The notes below the pieces were generated by a model that worked only from the letters and a program-made list of their open reading frames with translations, had not been told where the DNA came from and made no database searches. A stretch of DNA of 42,655 nucleotides from an uncultured Alphaproteobacteria bacterium (GTDB lineage Bacteria; Pseudomonadota; Alphaproteobacteria; CBDVDY01). Positions within the stretch are counted from its first letter, which is position 1; every line of letters begins with the position of its first letter. This document shows positions 1 through 8,331 of the stretch, one piece after another. A program made the position numbers and the translations under genes. Location: positions 1 through 42,655 of the forward strand of contig CBDVDY010000001.1 of the NCBI GenBank assembly GCA_965372875.1, given 5' to 3'.

Positions 1-97
1 ACTCGGCGCCGTCGATCGGCGAATGGACGGCCAGATCGCCGTCCTTCAGCGTCCTGGAATCCAGTCCCAGATCGCGGCATAGGGTCTCGAATTTCAT
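1..97 (-). CDS. 5' end of a CDS leaving the window (32 codons visible); N-terminus resembles aldehyde dehydrogenase-family proteins
   Basis: ATG at 95-97 (complement) preceded by GAGGAA. Translation MKFETLCRDLGLDSRTLKDGDLAVHSPIDGAE; the SPIDG motif near the N-terminus recalls ALDH7-like dehydrogenases. Too short for a firm call. Confidence 0.35.
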   Translation of the reverse strand, partial: MKFETLCRDLGLDSRTLKDGDLAVHSPIDGAE

Positions 98-129
98 GAC
101 TTCCTCTACCCAAACCATTCGTCGAAAAA

Positions 130-2028
130 TTACGACTTGGCGTAACCAATGTCCTTGAGCGCGGCTTCGATTTCGTCGAGCGAGTCCGGATCGTCGATGG
201 TCGCCGGAATCTTGTAGGGCTCGCCGTCGGCGATCTTCTGCATGGTAGCGCGGATGATCTTGCCCGAGCGCGTCTTCGGCAGGCGCGCGACCACGGCGGC
301 GCTCTTGAAGGCGGCGACAGGGCCGATCTTCTCGCGCACCAGTGCTACGGCCTCGGCGACCACCTCGTCGGGCGCCCGTCCGGCCCCGGCGCTGAGCACC
401 AGGAATCCGAGCGGCACCTGGCCCTTGAGCTGGTCGGCCACGCCAATCACCGCGCATTCGGCGACATCGGGATGGGCGGCCAGCACCTCTTCCATCGCCC
501 CCGTCGAAAGCCGGTGTCCGGCGACGTTGATGACGTCGTCGGTGCGGCCCATGACGTAGACGTAGCCGTCGGAATCGATGAAACCGGCGTCGGCGGTCTT
601 GTAGTAGCCCGGGTATTCGCTGAAATAGGTCTCTTCGAAGCGCGCGTCCGCGTTCCACAGCGTCGTCAGGCTGCCCGGCGGCATCGGCGTGCCGAGGACG
701 ATGGCGCCGGTCTCTCCGGATTCCGCCTCGGCGCCGTTCTCGTCCAGCACGGCGACCCGCCAGCCCGGGATCGGCTTGGCCGGCGAGCCATGCTTGACCG
801 GCAGCAATCCCAAGCCAAGGCAGTTGGCGATCACCGGGCCGCCGGTCTCGGTCTGCCACCAGTGATCGATCACCGGCGTGCCGGTCCGCGCCTCGGCCCA
901 TTCCAGCGTATCGGGGTCCGACCGTTCGCCGGCCAGGAACAAGGCGCGGAAATGCGACATGTCATGGGGCTTCATCAGCGCGCCGTCCGGGTCCTCGCGC
1001 TTGATCGCGCGGAATACGGTGGGCGCGGTGAACAGCACGGGCACCTTGTAGTCGGCGATCACCCGCCAAAAGGTTCCGGCGTCGGGCGTGCCGACCGGCT
1101 TGCCCTCGAACAGGATGGAGGTGTTGCCGGCGAACAGCGGCGCGTAGACCGTGTAACAATGGCCGACCTGCCAACCGAGGTCCGAGGCCGCCCACCATGC
1201 CTCGCCCGGCTCGACGCCGTAGACGTTCTTCATGGTCCATTGCAGATAGACGATCGAGCCGCCGGTATCGCGTACCACGCCCTTGGGCTCGCCGGTGGTG
1301 CCCGAGGTATAGAGGATGTAGAGCGGGTGGTTGGCATCGACCGGCACGCAGGCGCGCGGCTCGGCGGCCGCCATCGCTTCGTCCCAGTCGAGATCGCGGC
1401 CGGGGACGAGCGCCGCCCGCTCCATCGGCCGCTGCAGCACGATCACGCGTTCCGGCTTGTGCGCGGCGATCTCGATGGCCGCGTCCAGGAGCGGTTTGTA
1501 GGCCACGATGCGTCCGGGCTCGATGCCGCAGGAGCCGCAGACCATGGCCTTGGGCTTGGCGTCGTCGATGCGCACGGCCAGCTCGTTCGAGGCGAAACCG
1601 CCGAACACCACCGAATGGATGGCGCCGATGCGGGCGCAGGCGAGCATGGCGATGGCGGCCTCGGGCACCATCGGCATGTAGATGACCACGCGGTCTCCCA
1701 GTCCCACGCCGGCGCCCGCCAGCACCCCGGCGAAGCGCGCCACCAGATCGCGCAGCTCGCGGAAGCTGAAGCTTTTGACCGTATCGGTGACGGGGCTGTC
1801 ATGGATCAGCGCCGGCTGTTCGGCGCGGCCGCCGTCGACGTGGCGGTCGAGGGCGTTCCAGCAGGCGTTGACCCGCGCGCCCGGGAACCAGCGGGTGAAG
1901 GGTGGGTTGGCGTCGTCTAGCACCTTTTCCCAAGGCGTGTCCCAATCGACGGATTCCGCCGCCTCGGCCCAAAAGGCCTCCGGGTCGGCCAGCGCGCGCG
2001 CGTAGGTATCTTCGTAGCGGCTGGTCAT
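130..2028 (-). CDS. prpE: Propionate--CoA ligase / acetyl-CoA synthetase family enzyme, paralog 1 (632 aa)
   Basis: True start is the internal ATG at 2026-2028(c) (MTSRYEDTYARAL...) of the 1038-aa track ORF. It aligns residue-for-residue with the upstream paralog. Motifs YTSGTTGEPKGV, WWQTETG, PKTRSGKI. TAA stop at 130-132(c). Confidence 0.8.
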   Translation of the reverse strand: MTSRYEDTYARALADPEAFWAEAAESVDWDTPWEKVLDDANPPFTRWFPGARVNACWNALDRHVDGGRAEQPALIHDSPVTDTVKSFSFRELRDLVARFAGVLAGAGVGLGDRVVIYMPMVPEAAIAMLACARIGAIHSVVFGGFASNELAVRIDDAKPKAMVCGSCGIEPGRIVAYKPLLDAAIEIAAHKPERVIVLQRPMERAALVPGRDLDWDEAMAAAEPRACVPVDANHPLYILYTSGTTGEPKGVVRDTGGSIVYLQWTMKNVYGVEPGEAWWAASDLGWQVGHCYTVYAPLFAGNTSILFEGKPVGTPDAGTFWRVIADYKVPVLFTAPTVFRAIKREDPDGALMKPHDMSHFRALFLAGERSDPDTLEWAEARTGTPVIDHWWQTETGGPVIANCLGLGLLPVKHGSPAKPIPGWRVAVLDENGAEAESGETGAIVLGTPMPPGSLTTLWNADARFEETYFSEYPGYYKTADAGFIDSDGYVYVMGRTDDVINVAGHRLSTGAMEEVLAAHPDVAECAVIGVADQLKGQVPLGFLVLSAGAGRAPDEVVAEAVALVREKIGPVAAFKSAAVVARLPKTRSGKIIRATMQKIADGEPYKIPATIDDPDSLDEIEAALKDIGYAKS

Positions 2029-3923
2029 TGCTTCGCGTAGCCGATGACCTTGAGCGCCGCTTCGATCTCGCCCAGGATCGCCGGGTCGTCGATCGTGGCC
2101 GGCGCCTTGTAGGGCCGGCTGTCGGCGATGCTCTTCATGGTGCCGCGCAGGATCTTGCCCGAACGCGTCTTGGGCAACCGCTGGACCACGGTAGCGGTCT
2201 TGAAGGCGGCGACCGGGCCGATTTTCTCGCGCACCATGCGCACCACTTCGCCGACGATATCGCCTTCGTCGCGCGCGACCCCGGCGTTGAGGACCAGGAA
2301 GCCGAGCGGCAGCTCGCCCTTCAATTCGTCCTCGACGCCGATCACGGCGCATTCGGCGACGTCGGGGTGGTGGGTAAGGACTTCTTCCATGGCACCCGTG
2401 GAGAGCCGGTGGCCGGCGACGTTGATCACGTCGTCGGTGCGGGTCATGACGTAGACGTAGCCGTCCTCGTCGATGAACCCCGCGTCGCCGGTCTGGTAAT
2501 AGCCGGGGAATTCCTTGAGGTAGGAATCCTTGAAGCGCTGGTCGGCGTTCCACAGCGTCGGGAAGGTTCCCGGCGGCAGCGGCAGCTTGGCCACCAGCGC
2601 GCCGATATCGCCGGCCCCGACCGGCTGTTGCCGCTCGTCGAGCACCGCCATGTCCCAGCCCGGCGTCGGTTTGGTCGGCGAGCCGTGCTTGACCGGCAGT
2701 TGGCCGAGACCCACGCAGTTGGCGCAGATCGCCCAGCCGGTCTCGGTCTGCCACCAATGGTCGATGACCGGCACGCCGAGATGTTTCTCGGCCCATTCGA
2801 GGGTGTCCGGGTCCGCCCGCTCGCCGGCCAGGAACAGCGTTCGGAATGCCGAAAGATCGTACTTCTTGATGAGCTCGCCGTTCGGGTCTTCGCGCTTGAT
2901 GGCGCGGAAGGCGGTGGGCGCGGTGAACATGGAAGCGACCTTGTGGTCGGCGATGACCCGCCAGAAGGCGCCGGCGTCGGGCGTGCCGACCGGCTTGCCC
3001 TCGTACATCACGGTCGTGTTGCCGTGAATCAGCGGCGCGTAGACGATATAGGAGTGGCCGACCACCCAGCCGACGTCCGAGGCCGCCCAATAGACCTCGC
3101 CCGGCTCGACGTCGTAGAGATTCTTCATGCTCCAGTTGAGCGCCACCAGATGGCCGCCATTGTCGCGCACCACGCCCTTGGGCTCGCCGGTGGTGCCCGA
3201 AGTATAGAGGATATAGAGCGGGTCGGTCGCCGCCACCTCGACGCAATCGTGCGGCTCGGCGGCGTCCATCGCCGCCTTCCAGTCGACGTCGCGGGGCGCG
3301 GTGAGGGTTGCCTCCTCCATCTCGCGCTGCAGGATGAAGCAGTGCTCGGGCTTGTGCGTGGCCAGCTCGATGGCCTCGTCCAGCAGCGGCTTGTAGGCCA
3401 CCACGCGGCCCGGCTCGATGCCGCAGGAGGCCGAGACAATGAGCTTCGGTTTGGCGTCGTCGATGCGCACCGCCAGCTCGTTGGCGGCGAAGCCACCGAA
3501 CACCACCGAATGCACCGCGCCGATGCGGGCGCAGGCGAGCATCGCGGCCACCGCCTGGGGCACCATCGGCATGTAGATGATGACCCGGTCGCCCTTGGCC
3601 ACGCCGTGGGCGGCCAGGGCGCCGGCGAGCAGCGCCACCTCGTCGCGGAACTCTCGGTAGGTGAAGGTCTTGACCGTATTCGTGACCGGGCTGTCGTAGA
3701 TCAGCGCCGCCTGATCGGCGCGGCCGCCCTCGACGTGCCGGTCGAGGGCGTTATAGCAGGTGTTGGTCACGCCGCCGGCGAACCAGCGATAGAAGGGCGG
3801 GTTGGAATCGTCGAGCACCTTGTCCCACTTTTTGTACCAGTGAATCCCTTCGGCGGCCTCGCCCCAGAATCCCTCGGGATCGTCGAGCGATCGTCTGTAC
3901 ACCTCGTCGTAACGGCTGCTCAT
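2025..3923 (-). CDS. prpE: Propionate--CoA ligase / acetyl-CoA synthetase family enzyme, paralog 2 (632 aa)
   Basis: ATG at 3921-3923(c) with GGAGGAGAGG upstream. Same ANL motifs as paralog 1. Its TGA stop overlaps the paralog 1 start (ATGA, 2025-2028). Confidence 0.85.
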   Translation of the reverse strand: MSSRYDEVYRRSLDDPEGFWGEAAEGIHWYKKWDKVLDDSNPPFYRWFAGGVTNTCYNALDRHVEGGRADQAALIYDSPVTNTVKTFTYREFRDEVALLAGALAAHGVAKGDRVIIYMPMVPQAVAAMLACARIGAVHSVVFGGFAANELAVRIDDAKPKLIVSASCGIEPGRVVAYKPLLDEAIELATHKPEHCFILQREMEEATLTAPRDVDWKAAMDAAEPHDCVEVAATDPLYILYTSGTTGEPKGVVRDNGGHLVALNWSMKNLYDVEPGEVYWAASDVGWVVGHSYIVYAPLIHGNTTVMYEGKPVGTPDAGAFWRVIADHKVASMFTAPTAFRAIKREDPNGELIKKYDLSAFRTLFLAGERADPDTLEWAEKHLGVPVIDHWWQTETGWAICANCVGLGQLPVKHGSPTKPTPGWDMAVLDERQQPVGAGDIGALVAKLPLPPGTFPTLWNADQRFKDSYLKEFPGYYQTGDAGFIDEDGYVYVMTRTDDVINVAGHRLSTGAMEEVLTHHPDVAECAVIGVEDELKGELPLGFLVLNAGVARDEGDIVGEVVRMVREKIGPVAAFKTATVVQRLPKTRSGKILRGTMKSIADSRPYKAPATIDDPAILGEIEAALKVIGYAKQ

Positions 3924-3984
3924 GGCTTTCCGCCTCTCCTCCGGTATATGCCCAGGCGAAGTTTGCGTTATCGCGGGCCAATTT

Positions 3985-3997
3985 TAAAGCCGCTTTA
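3985..3997. promoter_or_regulatory. Perfect palindrome TAAAGC-C-GCTTTA in a divergent intergenic region; candidate operator
   Basis: Read directly at 3985-3997, between the divergent starts at 3923(-) and 4117(+). Confidence 0.25.
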
Positions 3998-4023
3998 TGG
4001 AAGCGGGAGAGGCATGGCGAGGC

Positions 4024-4053
4024 GGGACAAGCCGCCGCCATTTCCCGTATAAT
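4024..4053 (+). promoter_or_regulatory. Sigma70-like promoter candidate for the + strand ligase genes
   Basis: Perfect -10 TATAAT at 4048-4053. GGGACA at 4024-4029 gives an 18-nt spacer. About 60 nt upstream of the ATG at 4117. Confidence 0.35.
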
Positions 4054-4116
4054 CCCGGACAATACAGAACAGGGCGAAAGGCCCCGAAGGTGCGTGGCCG
4101 GGAGACAGAGGAAATT

Positions 4117-5754
4117 ATGAGCAGCGGCAGGAACCAATACGAGACCCACCTCGACCAGAATGCGGCGAATTTCGCGCCGCTCACGCCCTTGACGCTGATC
4201 GAGCGCGCGGCGACCGTATTTCCCGGTCACACGGCCGTGATTCACGGCGACCGGCGCTACAGCTGGGCCGAAAGCTACGCCCGCTGCCGGCGGCTGGCCT
4301 CGGCCCTGGCGGGGCGCGGCGTTGGCGTGGGCGACACCGTGGCCATCATGGCGCCCAACGTGCCGGAGATTTTCGAGGCGCATTTCGGCGTGCCCATGCT
4401 GGGCGCGGTCCTGAACGCCATCAACACGCGGCTCGACGCCGCCACCGTGACCTACATCCTCAAGCACGGCGAGGCCAAGGTGCTGATCATCGACCGCGAG
4501 CTGGCGCCGGTGGCCAAGCAGGCGCTGGCCGAGCTCGAAAACCAGCCGCTGGTCATCGATATCGACGACGCGCTGGCCCGAGGCGGCGAACTTATCGGCG
4601 AAATGGATTACGAGGCATTCCTCGAGGAGGGCGACCCCGATTTCGCCTGGCGCATGCCCGAGGACGAATGGGAAGCGATTTCCCTGAATTACACGTCGGG
4701 CACCACGGGCAAGCCCAAGGGCGTGGTCTACCACCACCGCGGCGCCTTCCTCAACGCCGTAGGCAACCTGCTGGCGTGGTCCATGCCCGCCCATCCGATC
4801 TACCTCTGGACCCTGCCCATGTTCCACTGCAACGGCTGGACCTTTCCCTGGGCGATGGCGGCGGCTTCGGGCACCAACGTTTGCCTGCGCCGGGTCGAGG
4901 CGGGGCCGATCTACCGCGCCATCGCCGAGCACCGGGTGACGCATTTCTGCGGCGCGCCGGTGGTGCTCAATCTAATTGTCAACGCCTCGAACGAGGATCG
5001 CGCCACCTTCGACCACACGGTGGAAATCATGACCGCCGGGGCGCCGCCGCCGCCCGCCGTGTTGGAGGCGATCGAAGGCATCGGTTTCCACGTCACCCAC
5101 GTCTACGGGCTGACCGAAGTCTATGGCCCGGCGACCGTCTGCGCCTGGCACGACGAATGGAACGATCTGCCGGTGAGCGAGCAGGCCACGATCAAAGCGC
5201 GCCAGGGCGTGCGCTACCCGGTGATGGAAGGGCTGATGGTCGCCGATGCCAAGACCATGGAACCGGTGCCTTCCGACGGCAAGACCATGGGCGAGGTGAT
5301 GCTGCGCGGCAACATCGTCATGAAGGGCTACCTCAAGGACCGGGACGCCACCGACGAGGCGTTCGCCGGCGGCTGGTTCCACTCGGGCGACCTCGGCGTC
5401 AGGCACCCGAACGGCTATATCGAGCTCAAGGACCGGGCCAAGGACATCATCATCTCGGGCGGCGAGAACATCTCGACCATCGAGGTCGAGACCGTGCTTT
5501 TCCGCCATCCCGCGATCCTCGAAGCCGCGGTCGTGGCCCGCCCGGACGAGAAGTGGGGCGAGACGCCCTGCGCCTTCGTCACGCTTCGCCAGGGGGATAG
5601 CGCCACGGCGGAAGAGATCATCGCCTTCTGCCGCGACAATCTGGCCCACTTCAAGTGCCCCAAGACGGTGGTCTTCAGCGAACTGCCCAAGACCTCGACC
5701 GGCAAGGTGCAAAAATTCACCCTGCGCGACCAGGCCAAGGCGTTGCCGGGGTAG
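4117..5754 (+). CDS. AMP-forming acyl-CoA synthetase (short/medium-chain, plant AAE7/ACN1-like subfamily)
   Basis: Internal ATG at 4117 preceded by GAGG (track ORF starts at 3997). Motifs NYTSGTTGKPKGV, YGLTE, SGDLG, PKTSTGKVQK. Confidence 0.85.
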   Translation: MSSGRNQYETHLDQNAANFAPLTPLTLIERAATVFPGHTAVIHGDRRYSWAESYARCRRLASALAGRGVGVGDTVAIMAPNVPEIFEAHFGVPMLGAVLNAINTRLDAATVTYILKHGEAKVLIIDRELAPVAKQALAELENQPLVIDIDDALARGGELIGEMDYEAFLEEGDPDFAWRMPEDEWEAISLNYTSGTTGKPKGVVYHHRGAFLNAVGNLLAWSMPAHPIYLWTLPMFHCNGWTFPWAMAAASGTNVCLRRVEAGPIYRAIAEHRVTHFCGAPVVLNLIVNASNEDRATFDHTVEIMTAGAPPPPAVLEAIEGIGFHVTHVYGLTEVYGPATVCAWHDEWNDLPVSEQATIKARQGVRYPVMEGLMVADAKTMEPVPSDGKTMGEVMLRGNIVMKGYLKDRDATDEAFAGGWFHSGDLGVRHPNGYIELKDRAKDIIISGGENISTIEVETVLFRHPAILEAAVVARPDEKWGETPCAFVTLRQGDSATAEEIIAFCRDNLAHFKCPKTVVFSELPKTSTGKVQKFTLRDQAKALPG

Positions 5755-5773
5755 CGCTACCGGGGCGGACGGC

Positions 5774-7426
5774 ATGACGAGTGCCGATACACTGACTGGC
5801 CTTACCGCCGAACTCGCCGCGCGGGCCGGCGCGGCCCCCGCCATCCATGAGAGCGGCCGGGTTCTCACCTACGCCGAGCTCGACACACGCGCCCGGCGGG
5901 TGGCGCGGGGGCTGGCCGACCTCGGCATCGGCCCGGGCGACCGGGTGGCGGTTTGGTTGCCCAACGGTGCGGCTTGGCTCGAGCTGTTTTTCGCCTGCGC
6001 GCGGTTGGGCGCCATCGCCGTGGCCGTCAACACGCGCTTCCGGAGCGCTGAAATCGGGGATATCGTGGGCCGCTCGGGCGCCAGGGCGCTGGTTCTCTGG
6101 CCCGGCTTCAAGAATATCGATTTCCTTTCGATCCTGCGCGACGTGGACCCGGCGGCGCTCGACGCGCTCGAGACGCTGATCCTGTATGAAGAGGGTGGCG
6201 ATGCCGCGCCAGACGGGATGTTGCCAGGCAAAACGAATATCGCCTATGCGGACCTCGCCGGCCGGCCCGTACTGGACGAGGATCGTGCCGCGCCCGATTC
6301 CGGCTGCGTCATCTTCACCACTTCGGGCACCACCAGCGCGCCCAAATTCGTGCTGCACAATCAGCGCGCCATCGTCCGCCACGCGCGCGCGGTGGCGTCG
6401 TCCTTCGGCTACGACGCGGCCGATGCGGCGACGCTGCAGGCGCTGCCGCTTTGCGGTACCTTCGGCCTGGCCCAGGCGATGGCCGGTCTCGCCGCCGCGC
6501 GGCCCATGGTGACGATGCCGGCCTTCGACGCCGCCGAGGCGGTGGCCCTGATCGCGGCGCACCGCGTCACCCACATGAACGGCAGCGACGAAATGTACGC
6601 CCGCATGATCGACGCCGCGGAAAACCTAGGGCCGGCGCATTCGACGAACCGGGCTTCCCCCTTCGCCACCCTGCGCCATTGCGGTTTCGCCAATTTCGCC
6701 GGGGACCCCACGTCGCTGTTCGAGGCGGGCGGGCGGCACGGCCTGCCGCTGGCCGGTCTATATGGCATGAGCGAGGTGCAGGCGCTGTTCGCGGCGCGGC
6801 GGCCGGACGCGCCGCTGGCCGAACGCACGCGCGCCGGCGGCGCGCCAACCTCGCCCGAAGCGCGCGTGCGCGCCCGGAACCCGGAAAGCGGGGCGCTCCT
6901 GCCGCACGGCGAGAGCGGCGAGTTGGAGCTCACGGGGCCGAGCCAGATGGCGGCGTATTTCGGCAACGCGAAAGCGACCGCCAATGCGTTGACCGAGGAT
7001 GGTTTCGTGCGCACGGGCGACCTGGGCTACACCGAGGAAGGCGGCGGGTTTACCTTCCTGGCCCGCCTGGGCGACGCGTTGCGCCTGGGCGGCTTTCTCG
7101 TGAGCCCGGCCGAGATTTCCGGCCACGTCGAGCGCCACCCGGCGGTAGCGGCGTGTCAGGTGGTGGCCGTGGAAGGTGCGCGCGGGCCGGAAATCGTGGC
7201 GTTCGTCACGCCGGCCTCGGGTGCTGCTCCCGAAGAAGGCGCGTTGATCGCCCATTGCGTGGACGGCATGGCGAAATTCAAGGTGCCGAGGCGGATTCTC
7301 GCGCTTGACGCATTCCCGACGACCGAGAGCGCCAACGGGGTCAAAATTCAACTGGCCAAACTACGCACGCTGGCGGCCCGCCATCTGGCCACCGACAACC
7401 GCTCCGCGGACGGGTCCACGGACTGA
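5774..7426 (+). CDS. Class I adenylate-forming enzyme (acyl-CoA synthetase family), divergent motifs
   Basis: 550-aa ORF with ATG at 5774, 20 nt after the preceding stop. Motifs FTTSGTTSAPKFV, YGMSE, TGDLG; the C-terminal lysine motif is degenerate (NGVKIQ). Confidence 0.8.
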   Translation: MTSADTLTGLTAELAARAGAAPAIHESGRVLTYAELDTRARRVARGLADLGIGPGDRVAVWLPNGAAWLELFFACARLGAIAVAVNTRFRSAEIGDIVGRSGARALVLWPGFKNIDFLSILRDVDPAALDALETLILYEEGGDAAPDGMLPGKTNIAYADLAGRPVLDEDRAAPDSGCVIFTTSGTTSAPKFVLHNQRAIVRHARAVASSFGYDAADAATLQALPLCGTFGLAQAMAGLAAARPMVTMPAFDAAEAVALIAAHRVTHMNGSDEMYARMIDAAENLGPAHSTNRASPFATLRHCGFANFAGDPTSLFEAGGRHGLPLAGLYGMSEVQALFAARRPDAPLAERTRAGGAPTSPEARVRARNPESGALLPHGESGELELTGPSQMAAYFGNAKATANALTEDGFVRTGDLGYTEEGGGFTFLARLGDALRLGGFLVSPAEISGHVERHPAVAACQVVAVEGARGPEIVAFVTPASGAAPEEGALIAHCVDGMAKFKVPRRILALDAFPTTESANGVKIQLAKLRTLAARHLATDNRSADGSTD

Positions 7427-7440
7427 TCGTTCCCCTGGAA

Positions 7441-7470
7441 TCAAAAAACCCCGACGGGGGCCGGGGCGGT
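7441..7470 (-). terminator. Weak rho-independent terminator candidate for the DUF465 gene
   Basis: On the minus strand, a GC-only short stem (CCCC-CGTC-GGGG or CCCCG...CGGGG) is followed by TTTTTT (forward A-run 7443-7448). Confidence 0.4.
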
Positions 7471-7480
7471 CAAAAAATCG

Positions 7481-7654
7481 TTACGCGACGCTGCTCTGCA
7501 AAATCGCCATTTCGTCCTTGATCCTGAGCTTTTCCCGCTTCATCCGGGAAATCGCGACATCGTCGGGACGAGGGCGTTCGGCTTCCTCTTCGATGGCACC
7601 CTCAAGGCTTGCGTGCCGCGCCTTGAGAGCGGCTACTCGTTCTTCGCTGGTCAA
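7481..7654 (-). CDS. DUF465 (YdcH-like) small protein, 57 aa, TTG start; absent from the ORF track
   Basis: AAGGAGG sits 7 nt upstream of TTG (7652-7654 c). Translation MTSEERVAALKARHASLEGAIEEEAERPRPDDVAISRMKREKLRIKDEMAILQSSVA. Shares the RxKxxKLxxKDEI motif with the 9507-9713 protein. Confidence 0.7.
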   Translation of the reverse strand: MTSEERVAALKARHASLEGAIEEEAERPRPDDVAISRMKREKLRIKDEMAILQSSVA

Positions 7655-7745
7655 TCGCACCTCCTTGGCTGGGAGTTACCAACGCATCGTACCATAAATG
7701 TAATATCGGGGGCGGAAAAATCGAGTCGTTCGATGGGCGTCAAGG

Positions 7746-8321
7746 CTATTTTCCGAGGGCTCGGCAAAGCGCGCCGATTCGGGCCGTTTCCACATCCGGA
7801 AAGGCGGCGGCCAGGATAATCGCAAGTTCTTTTCGCTCTTCGTCCCGGTGTTCGATGCCGCGAACCGCGAAATAGCTGGCGATATTCGCGGCGGCATCGG
7901 CGGCGCCTGAATCCGGATCGCTCCCCTCGGGATCGGCCGATTCGGGGGTCAAATCGCCGAGCGCGGCGGCCAGGGTCAGCTGTTCGACGTGCTCGGCGTC
8001 GATCTCCAGGGCGGCGAGGCGATTGCGCAGCGCCAGCCGCAATTCGTCCGGCGCGCCGGCGAAGCCCTGTTTCAAGCGTTTCCGGACCGTCCGCAAGCCG
8101 CGCACCACCTCATGGTGCCATGGGGCCACGGAATCGTGCATGCGGGCGACGCGGCCGTCGCCCTGGGCGCCAAAACCCGCCCGCCCGAGCCAGCAGCAAA
8201 ACAGCAGAAAATTGACGTCGATTTCATGGCGCTCCTGCAGCGCCAGGCAGGCCGGGGCGACGCCATCCTTGCGGTACACCTCGATCGAAAAATCCCAAAA
8301 CGGGTGATCGGGAAAATCCAT
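7746..8321 (-). CDS. TIGR02444/DUF2390 family conserved hypothetical protein
   Basis: FWDFSIEVYRKDGVAPACLALQERHEIDVNFLLFCCWLG matches the family N-terminal signature. I prefer the ATG at 8319-8321(c). The TTG at 8342 would overlap the pfk stop by 11 nt. Confidence 0.7.
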   Translation of the reverse strand: MDFPDHPFWDFSIEVYRKDGVAPACLALQERHEIDVNFLLFCCWLGRAGFGAQGDGRVARMHDSVAPWHHEVVRGLRTVRKRLKQGFAGAPDELRLALRNRLAALEIDAEHVEQLTLAAALGDLTPESADPEGSDPDSGAADAAANIASYFAVRGIEHRDEERKELAIILAAAFPDVETARIGALCRALGK

Positions 8322-8331
8322 TCCTCGCCGC

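Noticed and set aside
130-3246. 1038-aa ORF in the track that looks like a giant fusion protein
   Set aside because: Only its C-terminal 632 aa (from ATG 2028) are ANL-like. The upstream 400 aa are Arg/Gly/Pro-rich read-through in a frame overlapping the real upstream paralog (2025..3923), a typical high-GC open-frame artefact.
1902-4052. 716-aa plus-strand ORF, together with similar long ORFs at 472..1920, 3751..4944(-), 4972..5868(-), 14903..15817(-), 15862..16956, 16830..18050, 18604..20115, 20372..22108, 22205..23992(-), 24352..26079, 27968..29470, 29705..31459, 32928..34436(-), 36237..37256 and 38293..40191
   Set aside because: All lie antisense to or out of frame with CDS that carry clear family motifs. 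Their translations are low-complexity R/A/G/P/H-rich with no recognisable motifs. These are shadow ORFs expected at this GC content.
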